The notes: generated by a model from the letters alone, not told the origin. Positions 19,189 through 28,682 are shown, counted from the first letter of the stretch. The stretch is DNA of 43,198 nt from Candidatus Iainarchaeum sp. (GCA_021158055.1 JAGGVJ010000033.1:1-43198); one strand, 5' to 3'. Program-made: numbers and translations.

Positions 19189-19399
19189 TTACTGCTGACC
19201 TGGCGCTCTTTGAACCCTTGGTTTTTACGTAAAGAACTGCCTCGTCGCCCAAGGGGTGATCAACATTGCAGGCCGCAAACTCCACTGAACCATCCTCAAG
19301 CAAAGTCTTTGTAATCAGATTAGGCAAAGTGTACTTGTTTGTCTTCCTTATCTTCAACTCAATTTCACTGTTACTTTCTTTTACGACGTCAATATCCAT
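19124..19399 (-). CDS. rpoL: DNA-directed RNA polymerase subunit L (Rpo11)
   Basis: YTLPNLI..LL...VEFAACNVDHPL motif, 91 aa, GAGGTGA RBS, next to csl4. Confidence 0.9.
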   Translation of the reverse strand: MDIDVVKESNSEIELKIRKTNKYTLPNLITKTLLEDGSVEFAACNVDHPLGDEAVLYVKTKGSKSARSAVIDAIEKIKKDSAEFVKKVQAL

Positions 19400-19470
19400 T
19401 GACTCACCTCAAAAACCAAATAATATACTATGCAAAAACAAAAATAAACCTAACTAAAAAAATAATCACA

Positions 19471-20052
19471 TTAAATACAAACATTGCCATAATCTGCGGA
19501 AACTTTCCTGCTATCAAGTTTTCCGCAGTAAGCGCATTTAAGCTTTGAAGGATCCCTTTTGTCCCTCTGCATCTCGTGCCTGCATCGCGGGCAATAACCT
19601 TTTACCACTCCAAGGTCAGGGAACGCGGTTGTCAAATCTACAGTGTACTCATTCAAATCTTTTATCTTCACTTTCACGATGTCTGCGACCCCGAACTCCT
19701 TTTTGGCAGAATCCACGTATCTTCTGTCTATGTCAGAAATCCTCAATATGGCAGTTACAAAATTCGGGACTTTTCTTTTACGACCCCCCCTGCTTTCAAT
19801 CAAGTCAATCATGACCATTTTGTCCCTGATTAAAACAACCGATCCGAAAACAACATCTCCGGTACGCTGAAACGCCGGAAAAGACGCCTGCCCGGTCACT
19901 GTAGCTGAATGATTTGACCTGTCCAGTGAAAAATAACCGACTGACTTGGAATAAATCTTTCCGTTTTTTTCAAAAGTACCCTTTCCTGATAAAAATTCTT
20001 CTTCTGCCCCAAGCAAATCACCTGGGAAAACAAGTTTGTTGTCGTCCTGCAA
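19471..20052 (-). CDS. csl4: Exosome RNA-binding protein Csl4
   Basis: VFPGDLLGAEEEF..GKGT, S1 domain, DLGVV, zinc ribbon CPRC...CAYC, RKVS. Confidence 0.92.
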   Translation of the reverse strand: MQDDNKLVFPGDLLGAEEEFLSGKGTFEKNGKIYSKSVGYFSLDRSNHSATVTGQASFPAFQRTGDVVFGSVVLIRDKMVMIDLIESRGGRKRKVPNFVTAILRISDIDRRYVDSAKKEFGVADIVKVKIKDLNEYTVDLTTAFPDLGVVKGYCPRCRHEMQRDKRDPSKLKCAYCGKLDSRKVSADYGNVCI

Positions 20053-20289
20053 TAAATCACCTAATCATTAAATGGCTGCTGTTTTTAGACAAAACATCAA
20101 ATCAAATATTTTTCACATTATGTGAAATCAAAAAACAGGCCTTAATTTAAAAAAAATTTTTACTTTTAAACACTGCACTAATAATATGAACCTTTTAATT
20201 AAAACACTTTGCATAAAACACGTGAAAAACAAAAAACAACCAATCATGCTATGACAAACAACCAATCATGCCTCTGATATGCGCAACAA

Positions 20290-21222
20290 TCAAAACAGCA
20301 GCGAACTTGCCTCAATCAAGGCACTTGCTGCAAGCATAAGAACAGCTATTACAAACAAAACCAAACTGTCTTTCATCACTTCCACGAATTCGGCTCTGCG
20401 ATATTTTGCAGAAGCAATGCCTGCTGAAATAATCCCCCCTGAAACCGCCGCCAAAAAATAGGCGCCTATCTCAGGCATGCCGTGAGGCATATAAAGAATA
20501 ATCGCCTGCGGTATTGCAAACAAAAACGCCACAAGAGCCGCGTAAGAACCCAAGTAACTGAAAAAACTTACCTGGCTTTTTGCAAGCTCCCCCACCGCAA
20601 CGCTCAAAACAGATGCATTCCAGGTTATGAGCCACACTGCCCCCGCCCCAAACAAAAACGACGTAATTATGGCAAGCAACAAAACCACAAAATTATTCCT
20701 GAAAATACCCCCTGCGCACTGGACAAACCCCCCATTGTCCCTGCTGCACGCACACGCAATATCATTTTCAGTACACGACTTGGCAACCATTATGACATCG
20801 CCTGAAAAAGACGACTTTATCCCTTTCCATGTATTGACCTGTTCCTTGAAAAACAAATCCGTTTTTTCAGAAGGCAAAACAGTGTACCAAAAAGCAAACG
20901 CAAACACAAGCGCAACAAAAAAAACCCCATATGTCTTTATTACATCAGCGTGCCTGTAAAGAAGGTGTGAATTGTCAGCGCGTGTGTCTTTTCCCTGATT
21001 CCACACAACCCACCTGTCTTTGGATTCCTCTATCCTGAACAGGTTCAAAAAAAGAGGAACACTAATTATCGTGACAAACGAAACCATCAATATGCTTGAA
21101 CTTCCCGGAAACATATATCCCGCGAGCCACAAAGAAACAGATGCAAAAATAATCGTTGCAAAAAAAAGCTCGAGAGGGTTTCCTTCAGCATCCTCGGGTT
21201 TAACAAGGGATTCAAGAACCAT
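20290..21222 (-). CDS. SpoIIM-family (DUF95) integral membrane protein
   Basis: Multiple TMs, IFRNN, WNASV, PHGMPEIGAYFLAAVSGG, ALIE. Confidence 0.8.
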   Translation of the reverse strand: MVLESLVKPEDAEGNPLELFFATIIFASVSLWLAGYMFPGSSSILMVSFVTIISVPLFLNLFRIEESKDRWVVWNQGKDTRADNSHLLYRHADVIKTYGVFFVALVFAFAFWYTVLPSEKTDLFFKEQVNTWKGIKSSFSGDVIMVAKSCTENDIACACSRDNGGFVQCAGGIFRNNFVVLLLAIITSFLFGAGAVWLITWNASVLSVAVGELAKSQVSFFSYLGSYAALVAFLFAIPQAIILYMPHGMPEIGAYFLAAVSGGIISAGIASAKYRRAEFVEVMKDSLVLFVIAVLMLAASALIEASSLLF

Positions 21223-21320
21223 AATTATACTAAATTAAGCAATTTATTAAAAAGTATGCCAAAACAGACCTGACTTCAAACAAACCATACGTCAATAACA
21301 GACAAATCAGCTGTTATTAA

Positions 21321-21385
21321 CTATCAAACAACAGCACCGGCACCACCAGTCAACATTGCCAGCGCTATCAAACAACAGCACCGGC
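21321..21385. repeat. 21-bp direct repeat CTATCAAACAACAGCACCGGC (21321-21341 and 21365-21385)
   Basis: Exact copies in the intergenic region; a partial third copy begins at 21387. Confidence 0.85.
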
Positions 21386-21389
21386 GCTA

Positions 21390-22442
21390 TCAATCAACAT
21401 CACTGGCTGACTGTTTCTTTTTCTTCTTTGAACTGACAATCAGTTCTTTCTTCTCAATGGGTTTGCCGTGGTCAGTTATCTTAACTCTGACTCCTTTTTT
21501 TTCCACGTCATCCAGGTACTTCTTCAAGACACCGCCATAGTTTTCCTTGAACCCTTGCTTGATTTCTTCCGAGTCAACCTTTCCGCCGATCTTTGAAGAC
21601 ACCACCTGAGCAAGCTTGGTAAGCTCCACAGGGAAAATAAGCTTGTTGGATCGGCCGTTAGCCATTTTCTTAAGGGCTTCCAGGTACATGTAAGAAATCG
21701 TCGACTCGCTCAAGTTGCTTGCTGCATCTTGTATCGCTTCTATCTCGATTTTCTTTGCCTCAGCATTCTGTTGCGCAGCAAACTTGTTTTGCTCGGCCGC
21801 CCTGAAATTGTGCATGGCATCAATCACTTCCTTTGGAAGTTTCACGTCCTGAATTTCAACCGACTCAACAAGAATCCCCCACTCGTCAGAAACCTTTGAA
21901 ATCTGCCTCAACACTTCCCTGTTAATCGATTCAATGTTTTCGACGATGTCCCTGAACTCAAGGTTTCCGACAACATCCCTGACAGTGGCTTTGGTAAAAG
22001 TAATTATCGCATCGTGGTAATTAGTAACTTCAATTATAGACTTTTTCGGGTCAATAACCCTCAGATAAATAACAGTATCAATCGTCATCTTTATGTTTCC
22101 CTTGGTAAGGATTTCCTGCGGGCGAACATCAACGGTCTGCACGCGCATATTCACAATCTTGAAAGTATCAATAAAAGGAACCAGAATAATCCAACCAGGC
22201 CCCTTTGTAGCGTTATATTTTCCCATCCGGAATATCACTGCTCTTTCATACTCCGGGACTTTAAGCATGACCTGGGCCGAATTTGAATAACTCAACACAA
22301 CAAAAATTATGACCAAAGCAAGGGCAACAAGAAAAAAATCAATGCCGACAAACCCGCTTGAAAGAAAAGACAAAAAAATCGCCAAGACAGCAATCACTCC
22401 GAAAAAAATCACAACGTTTTTAGCGTCAACCACAACAACCAA
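21390..22442 (-). CDS. SPFH/band 7 (stomatin-like) membrane protein
   Basis: N-terminal TMs, VPEYERAVIFRMG, GPGWIILVPFID, WGILVESVEIQDV. Confidence 0.92.
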   Translation of the reverse strand: MVVVVDAKNVVIFFGVIAVLAIFLSFLSSGFVGIDFFLVALALVIIFVVLSYSNSAQVMLKVPEYERAVIFRMGKYNATKGPGWIILVPFIDTFKIVNMRVQTVDVRPQEILTKGNIKMTIDTVIYLRVIDPKKSIIEVTNYHDAIITFTKATVRDVVGNLEFRDIVENIESINREVLRQISKVSDEWGILVESVEIQDVKLPKEVIDAMHNFRAAEQNKFAAQQNAEAKKIEIEAIQDAASNLSESTISYMYLEALKKMANGRSNKLIFPVELTKLAQVVSSKIGGKVDSEEIKQGFKENYGGVLKKYLDDVEKKGVRVKITDHGKPIEKKELIVSSKKKKKQSASDVD

Positions 22443-22588
22443 CCTCAGACAAATTATTCAATGAACTCCAAAACAAACCAATTACCTCGTAAAACAAACC
22501 AATTGCTCCATAAATCACAAAATAAATATTTAATGCAATTAACATTATTATAACATCTATAGATATATAACTATATAATGTAAACTGT

Positions 22589-22622
22589 GTGAACTACCCC
22601 TTACTTTCGCAAGAGGACTTAC
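22589..22622 (+). mobile_element. Orphan 34-nt hairpin resembling an IS200/IS605-family element end
   Basis: GTGAACTACCCCTTACTTTCGCAAGAGGACTTAC; colinear with 28566-28599. Confidence 0.45.
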
Positions 22623-22706
22623 GAAAAGGTTAAATAAAAAACAGACACAAATATATATTGCACTAAAAACAAAAATTTTTGCAAAATTTCCTCTGCTGAA
22701 GCGTGA

Positions 22707-23813
22707 ATGAAAATGAAATACAAAAACATCCTGGTGCTCTGTATTGACAGGGACAACGACCTCGAAAGAAAAGCGGGAATAAAAGGCCCAATCACAGGCA
22801 GGAAACAAAACATCAACGCGGCTGCAAAACTTGCTCTGGCAGACCCTGAAGACAGCGACGTAAACTCAATTTTTGCCGCAGTACAGGCATACGACAAACT
22901 CAAAGAACACGCGGAAAAAATAGAAGTCGCAACCCTTACAGGACACAGGATAGTAGGTTTTGAAGCAGACATGAACATTAACGAACAACTGGATCAAGTA
23001 CTTGAAAAATTCAAAGCCAACGGCGTTTACTTTGTCACAGACGGTGCGGAAGACGACGAAATAATCCCCATTGTCCAGTCAAAAGTTCCGATAATCTCAA
23101 AAAAAACAGTGGTTGTAAAACAGGAAAAAGACATTGAAAAAACATACTACAAAATAAAAGAAGCGCTCTCAGATCCACAAATATCGCTGCTGCTTTTCGG
23201 ACTGCCCGGCCTGGCGTTTATCCTCTGGGCACTCATACCCGCGTTCAACCTCAACACAATCCTTGGAGCAGTCGGCTTTTACCTTTTGGTATTCAAGGGG
23301 CTCGGGGTCGAAAACACGATACTGAAAAACGTCCGGAAACTCAAAAAAAGCACTTTAATTGACAGGGTAAGCTTCCCGATGTACATCGGAATGGTGCTAT
23401 TGCTTGTGTTTGCAGGAATATCAATGTTTGATTCTTTCAAAACCCTGCCGCTTGGCATGGAACTGCATCAAATGATAATCAGCGTGCTGTCAGCGGGGTA
23501 CACATTGATTGGAACAGCAGCGATCATATTCTCGCTTGGAAGGATGATTGACGCGCACTACTCAAAAACAGTTTTCAAATTCAGAAAATACATCATTTCA
23601 ATCCTTTCAATCATCAGCCTCTGGCTAATACTCGACGCATTCACGGGAATAGTCATGGGGGATGGAGACGCCACCTGGTTTATAATAACAATCCTTGCAA
23701 GCGTCATAATCCTTTCGGCAGGAATAAAAACAACCACCATCTTCACAAAAAAATCAAAAAACACAACCCTAAACCAAAAAACAAAACGAATCGCGGCAAA
23801 AGCGGCCAGATAA
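22707..23813 (+). CDS. DUF373 family archaeal membrane protein
   Basis: LVLCIDRDNDL, LADPEDSDVN, VTDGAEDD, VVVKQ, C-terminal TMs. Confidence 0.9.
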   Translation: MKMKYKNILVLCIDRDNDLERKAGIKGPITGRKQNINAAAKLALADPEDSDVNSIFAAVQAYDKLKEHAEKIEVATLTGHRIVGFEADMNINEQLDQVLEKFKANGVYFVTDGAEDDEIIPIVQSKVPIISKKTVVVKQEKDIEKTYYKIKEALSDPQISLLLFGLPGLAFILWALIPAFNLNTILGAVGFYLLVFKGLGVENTILKNVRKLKKSTLIDRVSFPMYIGMVLLLVFAGISMFDSFKTLPLGMELHQMIISVLSAGYTLIGTAAIIFSLGRMIDAHYSKTVFKFRKYIISILSIISLWLILDAFTGIVMGDGDATWFIITILASVIILSAGIKTTTIFTKKSKNTTLNQKTKRIAAKAAR

Positions 23814-23920
23814 AAACAAATTTTGGTAAGGAATATGATCCCTAACCATTTAAACCCTGTTATATAATGGTAATGGCAAATCCCAAAAGCGCAGCGCCCC
23901 CTTGAGTTGCCTTTCACTCG

Positions 23921-24487
23921 TTATACATTAGAAGTTTCTTCCTTGAAAATGAAATTTAATTTTTGATTACCATATTCAATATCCTTTGCTAGTTGCTTAA
24001 CATTTTCTGACATCCTATCATACATAAATCTGATTTTTTTCCTGGCTTTTTCTTCACCAAATTTTTCAAAATATTGCACAAAATTTTCCTCAAAAAAAGA
24101 CATGGAATCCGCATCCATTAAAAGATCAGATTCAAAATCACCTCCAAACTCATGTTTTAAAACCAGATGCTTAACCTTTGAAATAAACTCTTTGTCAAAA
24201 TTGTATTTTTCCAGCAATTCAACAATAATATCAGCACTTTTTTCAGAATGAATTCGTTTATGCTCTTCATAATTATCAAATTTTTCTTTTGTTTCAATAT
24301 AATGATCTGTCTCATAACTTCTTTCAATATCATGAGCCAATGCAGCAATTTGGAGAGCCGAATCCGCATCTGGTTTTAATTCCAGGATCCATTTTCGGGT
24401 AGATTCAGCATGAGCTAAATCTGTTTTGACTGGCGATTTTGATATTATTTTCTTAATCTCATTTTCAAGTTCTTTTATGTTATCCAT
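23921..24487 (-). CDS. HD-domain (DUF4202-like) protein; AT-rich, likely start ATG 24487
   Basis: HA....W, AALAHDIER, HSEKSA, HE, LMDADSMSFF. Confidence 0.8.
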   Translation of the reverse strand: MDNIKELENEIKKIISKSPVKTDLAHAESTRKWILELKPDADSALQIAALAHDIERSYETDHYIETKEKFDNYEEHKRIHSEKSADIIVELLEKYNFDKEFISKVKHLVLKHEFGGDFESDLLMDADSMSFFEENFVQYFEKFGEEKARKKIRFMYDRMSENVKQLAKDIEYGNQKLNFIFKEETSNV

Positions 24488-24637
24488 ATAATAAAGTAGA
24501 AATTTTAAGTTTATCAATCTTGCAGTAAGAGCAAAAAACAATTTTGTATAACACAGGGATTTGCAAAGCGAAATCTTATATGCTTTTTCCCCGGTAATCA
24601 AATTACGGCAACTGGGAAAGACTAAAAGCAAGTCCTT

Positions 24638-26029
24638 TTAAATCTTTAAAGGAACTTCTTCAAGTGCTTTTTCAAGCTTTTTTATCAGTGACTTCTTTGA
24701 TTTGCTGTCAGACAACACCGCTTCAAGCACTTCCAAAATGGTTTCCGCAGGCACTATCCTGATTTGCTTTTTTTGCCTGTCGTCAAGGACAACGTCCCCG
24801 AGATTGGATTTAGGTATCACGACCGTTTTTATCCCGGCTCCAAGAGCAGCCAATATCTTCATCGTGACCCCGCCGACAGGAAGCACGTCGCCCCTCACCG
24901 AAAGAGAACCGGTCATCGCAATCGATTGATTTACCGGAACACCAGTCATCGCGGAAAGAAGAGCAGTGGCAACTGACACGCTTGCAGAATCACCTTCAAC
25001 ACCCTCGTAGGTCTGGAGGAACTGCACGTGAATATCAAACTGGGAAATATCCTTGCCGGAAACAAGCTTCAAAAGAGCACTGACGTTTTGAACCGCCTCG
25101 TTCGCAATATCCCCGAGCTTTCCCGTGGCAATAACTTTTCCCTCGCGCTGGCTTTGAGCCGGGGCCACTTCAGACACAATCGGAAGCACTATCCCCCCGC
25201 CTTCCCTACCAATCACTGCCAAGCCGTTGACGCGGCCGACTTCCATGCCCTTAATCTTGAACACCTCATAATCTTTCTTGACGCTGATATACTTATCCGA
25301 AACCTGTTGTTCAAGCGTCTTTGCAAGCTTCATGGCTTCCTTGACGTGTCTGACATGCACAAGTTTCTTTGACTTATCCTCTTTCGCCAAGTCCCCCGCG
25401 GCCCTCACAAGACCTCCCAGGTCACGCAGCTTTAAAGTAAGCTTTCCTTTTCTTCCTGCGCGAATTCTTGCAACCCTCACAACCTCGTCAACGGCGCTCT
25501 TGCTGAAGTGAGGTATTTTCCCGTCCTTTTTGACTTCCTGCGCAATAAACTGCGCAATAAAAAACCTGTTTTCGGGAGTGTCTGCAAGGTCATTGTTCAT
25601 GAAAATCTCGTAACCGTAACCGCGGATTCTCGAGCGAAGAGCAGGGTGCATGCTTTTCAGGTCTTCCATGTTTCCAGCCGCAACCAAAACAAAATCACAT
25701 GGAACCGCTTCGGTGCGAACCATTGCCCCGCTTGACATCTCGCTTTGACCTGTAATGGAATATTTTTTCTCCTGCAGCGCAGTCAAAAGCTCCTGCTGGG
25801 CCTTTGGAGACAAAGCAGCCATCTCGTCAATAAACAACACTCCCTTGTTTGACTTGTGAATCATTCCCGGCTCAACCCTTGCGTGAGCAGGAGTTCCAAG
25901 TCCGCCTGAATTTGAAACTGCCACTTCCCGGGAAAAAAGGTTTCCTGTTGAAGTCGTGGCATTGTACACAAAACCGTTTTTTACTTCTTTGACTTTCTTT
26001 CCAGTGATCTCTGACTCAACCGGTTTCAT
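24638..26029 (-). CDS. lonB: LonB protease C-terminal half preceded by a 40-aa C-intein
   Basis: [29 protein letters not shown] junction; Walker [23 protein letters not shown], catalytic EGDSAS and PVGGVTMK. Confidence 0.93.
   Translation of the reverse strand: MKPVESEITGKKVKEVKNGFVYNATTSTGNLFSREVAVSNSGGLGTPAHARVEPGMIHKSNKGVLFIDEMAALSPKAQQELLTALQEKKYSITGQSEMSSGAMVRTEAVPCDFVLVAAGNMEDLKSMHPALRSRIRGYGYEIFMNNDLADTPENRFFIAQFIAQEVKKDGKIPHFSKSAVDEVVRVARIRAGRKGKLTLKLRDLGGLVRAAGDLAKEDKSKKLVHVRHVKEAMKLAKTLEQQVSDKYISVKKDYEVFKIKGMEVGRVNGLAVIGREGGGIVLPIVSEVAPAQSQREGKVIATGKLGDIANEAVQNVSALLKLVSGKDISQFDIHVQFLQTYEGVEGDSASVSVATALLSAMTGVPVNQSIAMTGSLSVRGDVLPVGGVTMKILAALGAGIKTVVIPKSNLGDVVLDDRQKKQIRIVPAETILEVLEAVLSDSKSKKSLIKKLEKALEEVPLKI
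25910..26029 (-). other. C-intein (blocks F and G), 40 aa, ending in Asn with Ser+1
   Basis: [40 protein letters not shown] then SGGLGTP; Asn codon 25910-25912. Confidence 0.88.
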
Positions 26030-27195
26030 ATGCCACCGCCCCCCGCCTTCAAAACAGCATCGTTTGCCTGATTTGATTTTCCCTGAGATAAAAACAATGC
26101 CCTTAACCTTTCAAGCTGTTCTTCAAACAAACCCGCAAACCCGGCAGGCGCAGAAAACACCTTTGTCCCGACCACAGCATCTTTTGCCAAAACGCGTCCC
26201 TGCGGAGTCAAAATTTCGTGCTCGCAAGTGACTGAAACGGTTTTTCCTGAATCTGTCTTCAGGCAGACTATCTCCCCGGAAAAAGGCCGCCTGTTAATCA
26301 CTTCCACTCTTGCAAGCTCCATTTCCCCTGAACCACTCAATCCGACAGTGTATATTTTTTCATCTTCCGGGCCCGAAGGCAACACAATTGCCTCGTAGCC
26401 ATCAGGGTTTTTTTCAATCAAACCTGAGTATTTTTTTGAGAGCATCTCCCAGGCTTCTTCAAAAGAAACTTCCACAAGCGCGTTTTCAAAATTCGTTGAA
26501 ATGCCTGCAAAATTTTCTTTTCCAAGGCTCATATAAAAAGTGTTTTCCCCTGAAAAACTCTGGAACGGGTCGTGGCGGACGTCCCCGAGAAGCGCTCCTG
26601 ACTTGGCGCCGGTCGCTTCAATGAACGGGGCAGTTTTCTGGGTTGCATTGTCAACAAGCAGTTTTGGCGCACCGCCTTCTCCCGCTGCACCCCCCCGCAT
26701 ACTCATGCCCATTACAGTAACTGCTGAAAAAAGCGCGCCGACTATCAAAAACGCGGCGGCGATTATCTCTGTTATCCAGCCGAAACTAAGAGCAATCATC
26801 GGCAACATGATTGCGGCAATCAATATCACAAAACCCAAAAGGCGCTGGTTGCTCATCGCTGACGCCGCAGTAAGTCGTTCTTTTTCAACAATCTTCTTAC
26901 CTTCCCCTGCCTTGACTGTCCTTACCTTTGGGTTGTTGTCAAACTCCGGGTTCGGGTAACACAACACATCCTGAAGTTCGCTCAAAGGCATGAGTTCTGC
27001 CATGGCCTGGGCGATCATGGATTTTCCGGTTCCCGGCTCTCCGATAAGCAAAACGTTTCTTCGCTGCGCTGCAGCTTTTTCAATAATATAAGATGCCTCT
27101 GTCTGGCCTATGACCTGGCCAATCAACTTTTTCGGAATCGAAATGTCTTTTGTGGACCTGAACTTTTTGCTGTATTTTTCAACCATAAAACTCAC
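26026..27195 (-). CDS. lonB: LonB protease N-terminal half followed by an N-intein
   Basis: QVIGQ, Walker A GEPGTGKS, two TM helices, [20 protein letters not shown], then intein sequence. Confidence 0.93.
   Translation of the reverse strand: MSFMVEKYSKKFRSTKDISIPKKLIGQVIGQTEASYIIEKAAAQRRNVLLIGEPGTGKSMIAQAMAELMPLSELQDVLCYPNPEFDNNPKVRTVKAGEGKKIVEKERLTAASAMSNQRLLGFVILIAAIMLPMIALSFGWITEIIAAAFLIVGALFSAVTVMGMSMRGGAAGEGGAPKLLVDNATQKTAPFIEATGAKSGALLGDVRHDPFQSFSGENTFYMSLGKENFAGISTNFENALVEVSFEEAWEMLSKKYSGLIEKNPDGYEAIVLPSGPEDEKIYTVGLSGSGEMELARVEVINRRPFSGEIVCLKTDSGKTVSVTCEHEILTPQGRVLAKDAVVGTKVFSAPAGFAGLFEEQLERLRALFLSQGKSNQANDAVLKAGGGGI
26029..26559 (-). other. N-intein (blocks A and B), 177 aa, starting with Ser
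   Basis: Begins SFSGENTFY right after RHDPFQ; block [26 protein letters not shown]; no homing endonuclease motifs. Confidence 0.88.
26030..26044 (-). promoter_or_regulatory. Putative ribosome-binding site for the C-half ORF (GGGGGGCGGTGG-CAT-ATG)
   Basis: GGTGG lies 3 nt before ATG, the same spacing as GGTGA-TTC-ATG at the tldD/tldE ATGA overlap. Confidence 0.55.
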
Positions 27196-27215
27196 AACAC
27201 TCCTGATGAACTAAA

Positions 27216-27261
27216 ATTAACAAATTGCCGCCTGAAATATTAACAAATTTCCGCCTGAAAT
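27216..27261. repeat. 23-bp tandem duplication ATTAACAAATT(G/T)CCGCCTGAAAT between divergent lonB and trm11
   Basis: Copies at 27216-27238 and 27239-27261 with one mismatch. Confidence 0.85.
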
Positions 27262-27313
27262 TTGCCATTTAATACTTGCCATTATTTAAAACGCAAAATC
27301 CATTTTTATAAGT

Positions 27314-28375
27314 ATGTTATTGGCAATACTCTTAAGCAAATGGCACCCCAACCTACCTTTCCTTGAAGTGAAATCGCTTGAAAGCCTTGGCTATCTCGTT
27401 GAAGAAAAACACGACGAACTGACGCTAATAAAACCAAAAAAAGAAAAAGAAACAAAAAACATTAAAAAAACGCTTTCTTTGCGGCTTTCGCTTTCACACG
27501 AAATTTCTGAAAACGCAATGGTGTTTCAACAAAAAGACTTTTTCAGCGAATTTTCGGGAGTAAAACAAAAACTAATCCCTTTCATTTCAAAAAAAACAAT
27601 TTGCGTCAGAGTGAAAAAAATGCAGGCATATTCAAAAGCGCAAAAAGACGACGCTGATAAAAAAACTGTTCCTGAACTTGAAAGGCAAATCGGCGGTCTG
27701 CTCTCTGAAAAAACCGACCTGAAAAACCCGGATGTTACCGTTCGGTTTTACCTTTGCAAAGACAAAATTATTGTAGGTCTTAACCCTGTTGAAGTCGACA
27801 AAACATTCCTTAAAAAACACAAGCCAACAAAACGCGCTTTCTTTCATCCGGCAACTTTGGAGCCAAAGCTTGCAAGAACCCTTGTGAACCTGACAGGGCT
27901 TGTTCCCAGGCAAACTTTGCTTGATCCGTTTTGCGGGGCAGGGGGAATACTGCTTGAAGCAGGATGCATGGGGCTGAATGTTGTAGGGATTGAAAAAGAC
28001 GAAAACGTATTTGAAGGGTGCAAAAAGAATCTGGACTTTTATGAAATCAAAAATCAGCAAGTATTTTTACAGGACGCAACGCAAGCGCTTCCAAAAAAAG
28101 CAATGGTTGTTGACGCGGTTGCAACAGACGCTCCCTTTGGAAAAAGCACGCTTTTGTTCGGGGAAAAGCAAATTGAGCTGTACAAAAAAACACTGCTCAA
28201 CCTGAAAAAAATATGCAATGGGAGCATTGTTTTCTCAACCAACATTGACATAACAGAACTTTCTGAATCACTTGGGTTTAAAACGCAATTCGTTGAAAAA
28301 GTATACGTGCACAAAAGCTTGACCCGAAGGATCCATGTGCTGAAACCTGTTTCAGGTAAAACTATTTCCAGTTGA
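27314..28375 (+). CDS. trm11: THUMP-domain tRNA (guanine-10-N2) methyltransferase Trm11/TrmG10
   Basis: THUMP-like region, RAFFHPATLEPKLARTLVNL, DPFCGAGGILLEA, TDAPFG, VHKSLTRRI. Confidence 0.85.
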   Translation: MLLAILLSKWHPNLPFLEVKSLESLGYLVEEKHDELTLIKPKKEKETKNIKKTLSLRLSLSHEISENAMVFQQKDFFSEFSGVKQKLIPFISKKTICVRVKKMQAYSKAQKDDADKKTVPELERQIGGLLSEKTDLKNPDVTVRFYLCKDKIIVGLNPVEVDKTFLKKHKPTKRAFFHPATLEPKLARTLVNLTGLVPRQTLLDPFCGAGGILLEAGCMGLNVVGIEKDENVFEGCKKNLDFYEIKNQQVFLQDATQALPKKAMVVDAVATDAPFGKSTLLFGEKQIELYKKTLLNLKKICNGSIVFSTNIDITELSESLGFKTQFVEKVYVHKSLTRRIHVLKPVSGKTISS

Positions 28376-28565
28376 TCCAGTCACTCACTGTTTCATCAGA
28401 CAGCACATTGCCGCCGCCTGCCTGAACAAAAACCCGAAACGATTTACCTGTCGGGGAATTAAGATTGGTTACTTTAAATTTATATGATGCTTCCGGTTTT
28501 ATTTCAATCACATCGCTTTTTACCTGATCCCACACTTTGCCTTCTTCAACATCTTCCAATGCAAC
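28362..28565 (-). pseudogene. 3' remnant of an unknown gene whose 5' part ends at the IS-like hairpin
   Basis: Protein-like 65-aa frame without a convincing start, abutting 28566. Confidence 0.4.
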
Positions 28566-28599
28566 GTCAATTACCCCACCCTGACAGATGGGGTCTTAC
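28566..28599 (+). mobile_element. Orphan 34-nt hairpin resembling an IS200/IS605-family (IscB/TnpB-associated) element end
   Basis: GTCAATTACCCCACCCTGACAGATGGGGTCTTAC with ACCCCA/TGGGGT stem. Confidence 0.55.
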
Positions 28600-28682
28600 A
28601 GTAAGGATAAAAGGGATATGCCTTAAATCAAGCATTGCAAATGTTTATTAAATTAAAACCATTTGAATAAATTATTGATATC

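Noticed and set aside
23814-23920. Possible tRNA or integration site beside the AT-rich HD gene
   Set aside because: No cloverleaf, T-loop motif or flanking direct repeat was recognisable; only a 12-codon mini-ORF of unclear meaning.
24488-24631. N-terminal extension of the HD-domain ORF
   Set aside because: Looks like intergenic sequence; ATG 24487 preceded by an AT-rich promoter-like tract is the better start.
26029-26150. Homing endonuclease within or between the intein halves
   Set aside because: Only about 40 aa follow the Hint N-region, with no LAGLIDADG or HNH motif and no intervening ORF.
24638-27195. lonB as an ordinary frameshifted pseudogene
   Set aside because: Both halves keep all Lon motifs, the only break is inside the intein at the endonuclease position, and it has an ATGA overlap with an RBS-like motif. 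A read check is still needed.
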